DNA of 60,171 bases from Octopus bimaculoides (lineage: Eukaryota): the NCBI RefSeq assembly GCF_001194135.2, contig NC_069002.1:17712390-17772560 (forward strand). The letters are read 5' to 3'. The translations under genes and the position numbers were made by a program. Of the stretch, positions 1 to 10,525 are shown piece after piece (position 1 is the stretch's first letter; the number at the start of each line of letters is the position of its first letter). Under the pieces are notes generated by a model. It saw only the letters and a program-made list of their open reading frames with translations, searched no databases and had not been told where the DNA came from.

Positions 1-269
1 CTTACTCTAACGACCTCGATTACCTTATCCACCCATTTCTCCGCTAGAAGTATTCCTACGCCCCCGACCCCGTCAGTGTTCCCTGCCCAGAAAATCTTGT
101 ACCTGTGTTCCTTGCCTGTGAGGAACCTCGCAGAACCTCCTCTCCATCTTACTTCCTGGATGCAGCACATATCTACGCGTCCCCGTTCAAGCATCTCAAC
201 AATTTCACCAGATCTACCTTTCAGCGTGCCGACGTTGAGAGTGCCAATCCTAACAGTATGGGTGTTGGG
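1..269 (-). mobile_element. RTE-clade LINE ORF2, N-terminal AP endonuclease domain; open frame running off the window start
   Basis: Minus-strand translation with no stop: PNTHTVRIGTLNVGTLKGRSGEIVEMLERGRVDMCCIQEVRWRGGSARFLTGKEHRYKIFWAGNTDGVGGVGILLAEKWVDKVIEVVRV. Contains the APE motifs GTLNV, CCIQE and GVGILL. The last residues match the start of the RTE copy at 45590 (LAEKWVDKIIEVVRV). Missed by the ORF track because no stop lies inside the window. Confidence 0.92.
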
Positions 270-549
270 CACAGTATTTGCAGCTCAGTTACAAGCAGTG
301 ACATCACAATCATTTGTGGCTGGGTTGTAACACGTAATGTTTGTTAACATTTCTTGTCAAGAAATCTTCTGCTGGTTCTGCCCTTCCGAATTTCTCTTGA
401 ATAAAAAATCCTTTACTTTCAAAAAATACAGGTAAGGGCTGGAAACAAGAAGAGCATCTAGCAATACAAATCCTTCCTCATTTCCCTCAAAAGACATACC
501 AACATGCATAAACAGATGTTAAATGAAATGTGTGAAGGAACAAATTATA

Positions 550-620
550 TTACACATGATCTAATGCACAATTTGGACACAGGTTCATACAAACCTTACA
601 GAAAACCTAATGATGTAGCA
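550..620 (+). mobile_element. Short Penelope-like reverse transcriptase remnant
   Basis: Translation NLDTGSYKPYRKPND resembles the conserved xLxTGxYxPYRKPN motif of Penelope-like RT. Very short, so support is limited. Confidence 0.45.
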
Positions 621-743
621 GCAGCTTCTATGAAGCCACTTGACTTACTAGTAATAGGAACCAAATCTCCCTTCAATGACATACATTCTGCTGTCTTAAT
701 TATATACATATGTATGTACACACATGCATACATGTATACATAT

Positions 744-975
744 ATTTATTTATTTATTGCCCACAGGAGGCTAAACACAGAGGGGACAAACAAGGACAGA
801 CAAAGGGATTAAGTTGATAACATCGACCCCAGTGCGTAACTGGTAATTATTTAATCGACCCCAAGAGGATGAAAGACAAAGTCGACCTTTGGAATTTGAA
901 CTCAGAACGTAACAGCAGATGAAATACCGTTAAGCATTTCACCCAGCGTACTAACGATTCTGCCAGCTCGCCGCC
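744..975 (-). mobile_element. tRNA-derived SINE, family A (full length)
   Basis: Reverse complement starts GGCGGCGAGCTGGCAGAATCGTTAG, has box B-like GAGTTCAAATTC, a central GACTTTGTCTTTCATCCTCTTGGGGTCGATTAAATAATTACCAG and a (TAAA)n tail. Near-identical plus-strand copy at 23877-24107; decayed copies near 2030-2170, 19700-19820, 24710-24900, 26040-26220 and 27300-27460. Confidence 0.88.
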
Positions 976-1089
976 TTACATACATATATGTATCAATAGG
1001 TAAGTACAATCCAATGAAATGAGTGTTTAGCAACGCATTTGGTGGATAAATATTCTTTATTTATGAATGAACAAAACAACCGATGGCCT

Positions 1090-1520
1090 CGAACAACTAC
1101 TAACCCCAATGGAGTCTTCGCTTACATCTGGGAAGTACTGTTGTTGCAACTTGGACTACATCCAAAGAATGAATCATTCACAAATGGAATGAAGTCATTC
1201 ACAAACACACTTCAGCCTCAGGCACCACAGACATGTTATCTCATCTCACTGACATGTACCAGTGCTACAGTGGTTGCAACACCTTGGAACTGACTGGTCT
1301 TATGCCACTTCCAACCAGGTATTCCTGCTTTGCTTATTTCATCTCTTCTTATCCCCATATTGTCTCTACAACCCAGGCCCTGCATTATCCACTATGTTCA
1401 GTCCTTACTCCCAAAACATCAGTCTTCTGGAATTCCCGCTATGCACGTTTTTCAAAAGCTGTCAGCTCGCAGTTGTTCGAGAAGATTGTCAATAGCACCA
1501 ATTTCACCAATCTCACTGAG
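1090..1520 (+). mobile_element. Old L2-group (L2/Crack/Daphne-like) LINE ORF2 C-terminus
   Basis: Frameshifted translation gives LDYIQR, TNTLQP, YQCYSGCNTLELTGLMP, SSYPHIVS, PKTSVFWNS and QLFEKIVNS. This follows the order of L2-group C-terminal motifs (LDRIQK...LQPL.HRR...G.CS.EL...PRTS.LWNSLP...FK..VN). Confidence 0.55.
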
Positions 1521-1599
1521 CTTGATTATAACAATGATACAGGACTTTCCTCCAGCAAAGAAAAAAAACAACAAAAAAAACAATAAAAACAAAGTGAAA

Positions 1600-1730
1600 A
1601 ATACATTGGATAATGTAGTCCTAGATACACTATGCCTGAAGAAAATAAAAGATGAAATGGTCATGGCTGGAACATTTTTCATCATGGGTGTCTTTGGTCA
1701 GAACTGATCTGAAGCAGAGCAACAGTAACA
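1600..1730 (+). repeat. Unclassified dispersed repeat, family F (representative copy)
   Basis: CATTGGATAATGTAGTCCTAGATACACTATG...GATGGTCATGGCTGGAA module and/or its upstream CTTGCTAGAAATAGCAGCCAAATCT module recur at about 3325, 10120, 35140-35330, 36950, 54340-54650, 54860-55040, 55960 and 58915 (plus) and at 17850, 22610-22830, 32380-32480 and 42620 (minus). Confidence 0.7.
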
Positions 1731-2183
1731 AGTGAACATCTTCGTTATTAAATGAGAAGTTGTGGCATTCAACTTCTCCTCCTTATTAACTAATGCAATA
1801 TTAAATCAGAATCAAAACAATAACAGAATCAACAGCTCAGTTCAGTGAGTGACAGGTTGCCACCACAACACAGTATCTCTCACACTTAGTGTTACAGTTG
1901 ACTGTAAAGGAAATACAATGGAAAGCTGTAAATGAGCATAAATGCCATAACAGTGACCTTTTGCAGATAGGTTTCTCAGACAGCCAACATTAAATAACAT
2001 TTATCATCAATATGTGAGAGTTAGTCAAAAGAGGGCAGTGGTGTGGAAGAAATGTAGAGAACAAAGCAAGAGTTAATGTCAATGGAACATTCAACTATTT
2101 TCCTTCTACATTCTGAGTTCAAATCCCAACATGATATTTCTTTGCTTTACATCAATCGTGGGACCAATCTAATATATAGTCAT

Positions 2184-2560
2184 GTTGGCACTCCGTCGCT
2201 TACGACGTCGAGGGTTCCAGTTGATCCGATCAACGGAACAGCCTGCTCGTGAAATTAACGTGCAAGTGGCTGAGCACTCCACAGACACGTGTACCCTTAA
2301 CGTAGTTCTCGGGGATATTCAGCGTGACAGTGTGACAAGGCTGACCCTTTGAATTACAGGCACAACAGAAACAGGAAGTAAGAGTGAGAGAAAGTTGTGG
2401 TGAAAGAGTACAGCAGGGTTCGCCACCATCCCCTGCTGGAGCTTCATGGAGCTTTAGGTGTTTTCGCTCAATAAACACTCACAACGCCCAGTCTGTGAAT
2501 CAAAACCGCGATCCTATGACCGCGAGTCCGGTGCCCTAACCACTGGGCCACTGCGCCTCC
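2184..2560 (-). mobile_element. tRNA-derived SINE, family B (full length, with TSD)
   Basis: Head GGAGGCGCAGTGGCCCAGTGGTTAGGG (box A) and a box B-like segment; 3' end GTCGTAAGCGACGGAGTGCCAAC. Flanked by direct repeat TATATAGTCAT at 2173-2183 and 2563-2573. Highly similar to 19163-19550. Confidence 0.92.
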
Positions 2561-2864
2561 ACTATATAGTCATACATTGCAGATAAATCCAAACAATGAT
2601 TTCAACACACTCCACCCCTGCGATTTAAAACCTTACACTGTTGTAAGGAATCACTACATAATTGATATAATTAGCATAAATGGTTGACTTAGTGGAAGTA
2701 TTGGGTTCAAACATGATAAAAATTGATACTAATTTCTGAAGATGGCACAAAACCTTACACTAACAGGGAGAGGATGAAGAATGTATGGACAATTTTCTCC
2801 AGAAAATTTGCAACAGAAGTGAGGTAAAATGCTTACAAATTCAACAATAGAATCCATAGAATTA

Positions 2865-3045
2865 TCACCACCACAACTGTCATTATCATTATTAACTGTC
2901 TTCCATACTGGTATGGACCGAATGATTCAAAAGGTGCCAAAGAGCCAAAGGATTGTATTGAGTATGCTTTGGCATGGTTTCTATGGTTGGATGCCCTTCC
3001 TAATACCAACCACTTTACAAAGTGTACTGGTTAATATTGGACAAA
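2865..3045 (-). mobile_element. RTE 3'-tail fragment (family D, representative)
   Basis: Matches the 3' UTR of the RTE at 48500-48737 (GGTTGGCATTAGGAAGGGCATCCAGC...CAACCCATGCCAGCATGGAAA...(GAT)n). Other copies at about 12150-12330, 13580-13820, 25438-25530, 34405-34500 and 36400-36545 (minus) and 29590-29770, 50241-50495 and 58210-58375 (plus). Confidence 0.8.
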
Positions 3046-4227
3046 ATAGCTTGGTGATATTCAGCTCTATCTTTTTACAATTTATGCTCAAATCTATCAA
3101 AATCTAGTTTGCCTTTCAACTGTCTAGTGTTGATAAAATAATTTTGTGAAGTTGATGTAATTATCTAAACTCTGTAAAGTTGTACCCCAACACAGCCCTA
3201 CTTCAGTGACTGGAACCAGTAAAAACAGACTGGAGATTCAGTTCACCAGGAGCTCATGCCAGACTCTACAAAGACAACTCTTGAAAATTAATCTTATCAA
3301 TATTAATTAATAAGGAAGCATGTACACAGTCACTCGATCAATTAGAAATATCAGTAAAAATCCCTCAAATAAAACTCTATCTTAACTCTTAAACAGTTAG
3401 ATGCTACTCACTGTATCAAAAAGTCTTTGACTGACCAATAAGAAGCTATACTGTCATTGCAATAACCATTGCCATATCCTATAACTTTTAAAAATGTAAT
3501 GGACAGGTGAGATCATTTTGAAGAATAAGAGGAAGAAGGAGGAGGAGGATTAGTGAGAGATGGCTGTAACTATGTAAAGTGGCAAAGGGTTGGGAACTGA
3601 TAAAGGAAGGGGGAGAAAAGTTGATGTTAAGTGGATGTAGCTATGTGAAATGGTAGAAGATTGGTAACGTTACAATAGATGCCATTCAGAGAGATGTGTT
3701 CTTCTGTCCATCACACACACACAGGCATCCACACATGTGCATAACTTGTACACTTTCTATATCTCTCAATAGTATCTCTCTGTACCTCTTTCTCCTTTTC
3801 TTTCCCTCCATCTGTCACTCCCTCTCTGTCTCTCTTACACGCACACACACATATGCACACTACCACTCCACAATAGAGCCAAAACTGTTGTGGACAATTG
3901 CGTGTGTGTGTATAGGGGACAGTGGATGTGGTCAGTTTATACATCCTACATATCCTTCCTGAGCAATGAAACAGAAGACACCGGCATAGGGTTCTATAGA
4001 CATACACTCCCAGGAACTCATGCTGGAATTCCTAACTACATAAATATGTATAACATATACATAACACACATTCATAACACACATGATTCACAAAATACAT
4101 GCATATGGACTTACAAATATTTTTTTAAAACTTTCAACTTCAGAAAGTAATTTTGCATTAAAAATTTGTGAAACCACATAAATGATAACATGCACATGCT
4201 CAAACATCAACCAATTGCATGCCATAG

Positions 4228-4229
<2 letters not shown>

Positions 4230-4322
<93 letters not shown>
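4230..4322. repeat. Compound (TG)n(TA)n microsatellite
   Basis: Directly visible. Similar dinucleotide tracts at about 5610, 6046, 8460, 8860, 9775, 20490, 30730, 31540, 31950, 48865 and 49495. Confidence 0.98.
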
Positions 4323-4326
<4 letters not shown>

Positions 4327-4514
4327 TGAAAAAATTTGGAGTCAACAAGGAGTACGGTTGGACATTTATTTTCAATCACTACAATTGTTTCTATGCAATG
4401 TAGTTCTCCAGGCATGCAGGTACTTGATTATGCAACCATTTCCTTGCATTATGAGATCTAGTTGCGTTTCCTCAAGCAATATATAGATATTGTCTGTGGC
4501 TTACAATTGGCTAA

Positions 4515-4690
4515 AATTACCCAAAATTTACAAACTTTAAAAGATATTAATTCTTTATTTATTGATTTATGGTGAAAATGTATTTCATGTCACTGATTAC
4601 TTTACAAAATTACACACCAATACGCCGAATATGAAATCAACTGGAGCAAAAATTGAAGAAATTGAAAAGTGGTGACCAAACAAAAAAGAT
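4515..4690 (+). repeat. Unclassified dispersed repeat (DNA-transposon-like remnant), inverted copy at 18000-18170
   Basis: TACCCAAAATTTACAAACTTTAAAAGATATTAATTCTTTA...GGTGAAAATGTATTTCATGTCACTGATTA...AAATTGAAGAAATTGAAAAGTGG aligns by eye to the reverse complement of 18000-18170. Confidence 0.8.
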
Positions 4691-5084
4691 CCCAAATGTT
4701 TCATATTAAACATTTCTGAAGATCTTGCAATTTTTATTCATTTTATTTTTTATCTTATTTTATTTAATTTTTTTGTACATTGCATGTATCCTGGTTCTTA
4801 CACCATAGCTTGGGCTTTCAGTTCTTTTTATAAAATTACTTTTGTAGTTAGTATACTAAACCTTATCATCTGTTCAAATGACACCCAACCTTTTACTTTC
4901 TCAGAACAATTTTAATTACATCTGTTAATTTATCTTTTCTTTTTCATCACCTTCGTTTATTTCTCTATATATAATTTGCTTTTCCTACATTATCATATTT
5001 TTGTGTGCATATAAACTTACATGCTTGTCCACATGTATGAGTGTATATGCATATTTGTGTGCATATCTGTATATGTGTGGATAT

Positions 5085-5275
5085 ATATACAGTAATTTGT
5101 CCTCTGAGGCTGCTTGTAATGCAAAAACTTGTAAAGCAGAGCAATAATTTCCCATAGTAGCAATGCTATAAATCATAATTTGTTCCCAGAAAATATTTTA
5201 GCTATAAAATTTATAATACTTGTAAATAAATGACAATAAAACAACAGTAAAATGTCAAGATCATTCATAATATTA
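5085..5275 (+). repeat. Unclassified dispersed repeat, inverted copy at about 33945-34150
   Basis: GCTGCTTGTAATGCAAAAACTTGTAAAGCAGAGCAATAATTTCCCATAGTAGCAATG...CCCAGAAAATATTT...ATAAAATTTATAATACTTGTAAATAAATG is the reverse complement, with substitutions, of the 33980-34140 region. Confidence 0.8.
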
Positions 5276-5597
5276 TTATTAGAATTGTTTTCTGAATCAC
5301 TTTTATTTCCACTAGACTTGTGCACACCATCACTTATAGACACAATCGCTGATTCACAAGTACTTGTAGATAGACTTGTAGACTTCTTTTTAAAAAACAA
5401 GTCTAGATGTGTTTGCTTGGAAGAAGCTTTTCTTCAATCTCTATAAATATCTCAGTAACATGCAGAAGCATTTGTTATGTTAGTAAAAACTTTTGCAATT
5501 GTGCTGAAAAATAAAACTCATAAACCCAGGGTCTCATAAAGCAGATCTTTGTAAAGTAAGGTATAACTCTCTCTTTCTCTTCTCTATAAATATATAT

Positions 5598-5641
<44 letters not shown>

Positions 5642-5643
<2 letters not shown>

Positions 5644-5730
5644 TTTATTTAAAAGCAGCAAAAATATAACAAAAGACTGTTACTTGGAGTAACAGTATTT
5701 TGTTATATTTCTGCTGCTTTTAAATAAAGC
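5642..5730. repeat. Near-perfect 43-bp fold-back palindrome
   Basis: Left arm 5642-5684 and right arm 5688-5730 are reverse complements with 3 mismatches; loop TGG. Confidence 0.93.
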
Positions 5731-5735
5731 ATATT

Positions 5736-5953
5736 NNNNNNNNNNNNNNNNNNNNNNNNNNNNNNNNNNNNNNNNNNNNNNNNNNNNNNNNNNNNNNNNN
5801 NNNNNNNNNNNNNNNNNNNNNNNNNNNNNNNNNNNNNNNNNNNNNNNNNNNNNNNNNNNNNNNNNNNNNNNNNNNNNNNNNNNNNNNNNNNNNNNNNNNN
5901 NNNNNNNNNNNNNNNNNNNNNNNNNNNNNNNNNNNNNNNNNNNNNNNNNNNNN
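5736..5953. other. Assembly gap (N run)
   Basis: Run of N. Other gaps: 10566-11260, 21764-21825, 28036-28068, 42973-42982, 49485-49494, 49990-49999 and 50231-50240. Confidence 0.99.
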
Positions 5954-6042
5954 NGTGTGTGTGTGCATGCGTAGATATCTTAGTTAATCGTTTATCTATT
6001 TTCATGTGTATATATTTATACTGTTTTCACTCACACTTCTTG

Positions 6043-6096
<54 letters not shown>

Positions 6097-6939
6097 ATGC
6101 ATGCGTGCGTTCATACATTCTTTTCCTATCCTTTTTACCAATCTTTGCTTATGCTCTATCTTTCACCCGTCTCTATAATCTAGCCATCAACCATCAGCCT
6201 CCCCTGCCACTCCAGAGCATTATTCAATACTTCAATTCACTAAATGTGATTTTCTTATGTGTTTATATCATTAAGCCACCTTTTCTCCCCTTCCACTATA
6301 TTCTATACTCTTTCACCCCTTTTAATTTTCTTCTCTATCCTATTCTCCCTGTATTCTCTCCCTTGTTTTCTTTTCCCTTTCTTCCTTTCTTTATCTCCCC
6401 CACTTTTCTGTCTTTTGTTTTTTATCTAATCGACTTAACCCCTCCCCAAAATTGCTGGCCTTGTGCCAAAATTTGAAATCATTATTATTATTATTATTAT
6501 TATTATTGTTATTATTATTATTATTATTATGGCTGCCATACTGTAAAGTCATGGAAATTTGAAGCTCCATAAGTTGAGATAGTGTTTGTAATCTTTTCGG
6601 CCTTCTAAGGCCCCATGTTTTCAAGTTATTGTCACCATTGTATTTCTAAGACTGTGTCTGGACTGCACAGACAGTATTTTTATGTAGAAACACTCTCTGG
6701 TTTGCAAGGGGTACACATCAATATTTTTTTAATCTTAACAACCTTTGGGGAAAAAAATAATATTTTGCTATTTTCATTATACAGTTAAAGTTGGCTGATA
6801 AAGAAGCCATCATAATGTTTGAGAAAAGAACATGTTCCTTGTCGGAGAAAAATGAGAACAAAAATGTAGAATAGCCTAAACTTAATGACGTCACTGAGGT
6901 GAATACTGTTTCATCTCTGAGCAATGTCAAAATTTTTAG

Positions 6940-7515
6940 GTGATGACAACAGCAACAGCAGTAACTATAACAACAGCAACAATAATACTAACAAAGTGAA
7001 ATTTAGAAATGTGAATATCACCACTTCCACCACCTCTACAAAGGCCTCCATTGCAAAGGTTTCTTTTGCGATTGCATAGATGAAGACAATCTAAGAACGG
7101 CCAGCAAAATTGTAAAAAGGAATGGGAGAAGAGTAGCTCTAAACTCTCCATCCAACATGATAGAGAATATCTTAAGAGGCATGGTCATACACTGCTGCAT
7201 CAGAGTTAAGTCACATCGAGTAGAAAATGCTCCTAAGAGTGAAATACAAAAATGCCTCGGGTACATGTGGGTACAGAAGACCCACATCACCTGAGGAAAG
7301 AAGTTTGGAACTATTGAGGTAAGATTTGGGACAGAAGAATAAGTCAAGTGTCATTCCGCAACCACTTTGAGGAATGAAAACTCCTTAATCCCCAGCTATC
7401 GTGGCTAACACTTTGCCAAGATTAGAGTATTGAATGTGTCACCAGAAATATCCCTCATCTGGTTAGTGGCAGCTGTCTTAGCAGGTTTAAAAGAAGATGA
7501 AGTGACAATATTGGT
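6940..7515 (+). mobile_element. Probable LINE ORF1 fragment (L1/Tx1-like), decayed
   Basis: Translation with stops: DEDNLRTASKIVKRNGRRVALNSPSNMIENILRGMVIHCC...GKKFGTIEVRFGTE...LNVSPEISLIWLVAAVL. It is preceded by an AAC/AGC low-complexity stretch like the one in the Tx1 ORF1 start at 41278-41568. Family assignment is from recollection of ORF1 style, not from a search. Confidence 0.45.
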
Positions 7516-8118
7516 AGTGACCTTTAATATAGGTAAATATTTCTTGTCACTTTTAGACAGACATTTTCCAATACATCATAAATATAGGAAACTCTTTAAT
7601 AGGCATAACCTAAAAATTAGTTTTAGTTCAACCCCAAACTTTAAAAATATAATTACACACAATGCAACACAACAGCGTGAAGCCGGCTGTTCTTGCAGGG
7701 ATAAAGACTTGTGCCTGCTAAATGGAGCCTGTATGACCAAAGCCATTATTTATGAAGCCACCATAAATTCTACGAATGCTAATAACACAGTTTCATCCAA
7801 GAGATATGTGGGTCTCACAGAGGGATATTTCAAAGCAAAATTCAACAATCACACCTTAAGCTTCAGACACTGGAATAAACGAAAACTACCAAATTATTCA
7901 GTTATATATGGTTCTTAAAAGAACAAGGTGTCAGCTATAGGATTTGCTGGAAGATCTTGGCCAAGTGTAAATCAAGAGTAGTGGCAAGTGTGGTCTTTGT
8001 AATACGGAAAGATGGCTCATCTGGAAAAGTTTCTTGGGCCCCACTACATGTCTGAATTCAAGAACTGAACATTTTGGATCATGTCCACATGTGACAAAAT
8101 ACCTGTTACGGTTTTAGG
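7516..8118 (+). mobile_element. Penelope-like element 3' part: GIY-YIG endonuclease domain
   Basis: NIGKYFLSLLDRHFPIHHKYRKLFNRHNLKISFSSTPN, CSCRDKDLCLLNGACMTKAIIYEATI, YVGLTEGYFKAKFNNHTLSF; after a frameshift LFSYIWFLKEQG...CGLCNTERWLIW...LNSRTE. These match the PLE linker Cys motif and the GIY-YIG core. Confidence 0.92.
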
Positions 8119-8456
8119 CCCCCCAAGATCACAGCTAGAATCCACATTTTTACTATATTCCTACACATGCTTCCCATATATCCTAACTTCTTTAAATTCT
8201 TTATTTTTTATATATATTTTTCCTTTTTTCCTTTTTGTGTGAATGTGTACGTGTGTGAGTATATGTATATATTTTATATGTATATGTGTGTACATGTGTA
8301 TATATGTGTATGTGTATATGCATGTATGTGAGTATAAGACTGTGTCCAGTGCATAAGTGTGACTTTCATGCACACGTTCCCTTCATTTATACGGATATGC
8401 ATATGTTTGTATATGTGTGGCTGTAGGTGTGTGAGAGGAGGATATGTATGTATGTG

Positions 8457-8501
<45 letters not shown>

Positions 8502-8861
8502 CAGTATATGCATATATACGTACACGTATGTACATACTTACATCTACATGTATATATAGATGCATATCTGGGTACAGGACGTCACAAGAAAACATGGGCA
8601 AAATGAGAAATAGAACATAAACAGAGCACAGAAAACACACAGGCCAGATAGAGAACATTTCCTTCATCAGCTGCCTCCATTCTAAAACTAAACGGTTCGA
8701 AGAGTTAGGGCAGGACGCATTGTTAGAATGTCTCTTCTAGCGGAAACAAATTAAATTTGTAACGCGGAGGAATATAGTGGTGAACAGAAAACACAACAAG
8801 AAAACGAAACAGTGAAAATAAACAAGAAGGGCTATAAGGCCAGACATGATATATATATATG

Positions 8862-8922
<61 letters not shown>

Positions 8923-9242
8923 GCATGTCTGCAGGAGTATGAATGTATGTCTGTATATATATACATATATTTATATGCATAAATGCCTAAATATATATGT
9001 ATTATGTTACATGCATGCATGCAAACACCTATGTGTATATGAGGGTGTGTGTGTGTGTGGATATGTGTGTATGTATGAGTACGTATATACACATGTTTGT
9101 GTGAGTGTGTACATATGTAGATATTATGAACACAGGAGGTTTATGTCTATGTATTGTGAGAATATGGTTGCGTATATTTTTCATCTTCTTTTTCCCTTTT
9201 ATTCAACTGTCTTTCGGTTTTTCATAGTGTTTTTTGCCATGA

Positions 9243-9301
9243 ATAGCCAACGAGAATGCATTGTAGCTCTTTGCTGCAATATTCGAAACTCCGAGTACTA
9301 T
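9243..9301 (+). ncRNA. Type I hammerhead ribozyme fold with mutated core (CCAACGA)
   Basis: Stem I ATAG 9243-46 / CTAT 9298-301; core CCAACGA 9247-53 (canonical CUGANGA); 12-bp stem II GAAT(GC)ATTGTAGC / GCTGCAATATTC; GAAA 9285-88; quasi-palindromic helix III CTCCGAG; GUA cleavage triplet 9295-97. Confidence 0.62.
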
Positions 9302-9381
9302 AATGACAACTTTTTACTATTTGTTCTAAATTATAACCTCTATTATCTAATATCAAGGTTTCATTCTTTTGTTGTTACTTT

Positions 9382-9432
<51 letters not shown>

Positions 9433-9546
9433 AGTATGTATGTGTGTGTGTGTGTGACAATGGTGATGATCATCTCCATCATAAATATATTTGCTATATA
9501 TATATATGTACATGTGTATGTGTGTATACATCCATACATATGTACA

Positions 9547-9581
<35 letters not shown>

Positions 9582-9677
9582 TTGTGCATATATATACACA
9601 TACACACCCATATATATTTAACCTTATGTTAATGAAAATTATGGTATTAGTTTATTAATTTAGCAACAAAATAAAAT

Positions 9678-9771
9678 TGCGGCACCTTGAGCAAGTGTCC
9701 TCTACTATAGCCTCAGGCCGACCAAAGCCTTGTGAATGGATTTGGTAGATGGAAACTGAAAGAAGCCCATC

Positions 9772-9839
<68 letters not shown>

Positions 9840-10062
9840 GTATGTGTATATGTTTGTGTGTCTGTGTTTGTTCCCCCCCAACATCACATGACAACAAATG
9901 CTGGTGTGTTTACATCCCGTAACTTAGTGGTTCAGCAAAAGAGACCGATAGAGTAAGTACTAGGCTTCCAAAGAATAAGTCCTGGGGTCGATTTGCTCGA
10001 CTAAAGGTGGTGCTCCAGCATGGCCACAGTCAAATGACGGAAAAGAGTAAAAGAGTAAGAGA
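9678..10062 (+). mobile_element. SINE family C (CORE-like head + internal microsatellite + 3' module), 5'-truncated
   Basis: GGCACCTTGAGCAAGTGTCCTCTACTATAGCCTCAGGCCGACCAAAGCC, then (TA)n, then GTTCAGCAAAAGAGACCGATAGAGTAAGTACTAGG...CAAATGAC...(GTAAAAGA)n tail. Same structure as 21552-22095. Confidence 0.9.
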
Positions 10063-10525
10063 GCATATGAATTCCATACAAAAATGGAGAATGAAAATTA
10101 GGAAATGTAATTCTTAGATATATAAACAAAAAATAGATGGGTTAGTCATGGCTGGAATGCCTTTTGTCATATATCTATTCAATGAGGACTGACTAAAGTG
10201 GAATAGAGTTGAGTATATCAAGAAGATTATCAATAATACATAACTATTAATAATCTGAATAATCCTTTCCAACAATTAGTAATAACTCATCTAAAAAATG
10301 AATCACATGATAATTATTGTTTAGATTATCACAAAGACTCAGGATATCCTCTCTGCTACCTCAGCTGGAGAGCACCCAATCTGTATTTCTTAAAGAGTGT
10401 TGTTTACTGGTCACAGTTCACTGGGTAGAACAGGGCAGAGCAATAACAGCAACAAAAAAACAAAAAAAAAACTATTCCTACACAGTTATCTGCTAGCATC
10501 AGTGGAGCAGGTTAAGAACAAAGAG

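Noticed and set aside
270-480. HDV-like ribozyme expected at RTE 5' ends
   Set aside because: No nested double-pseudoknot pairing visible; the 5' UTR appears truncated.
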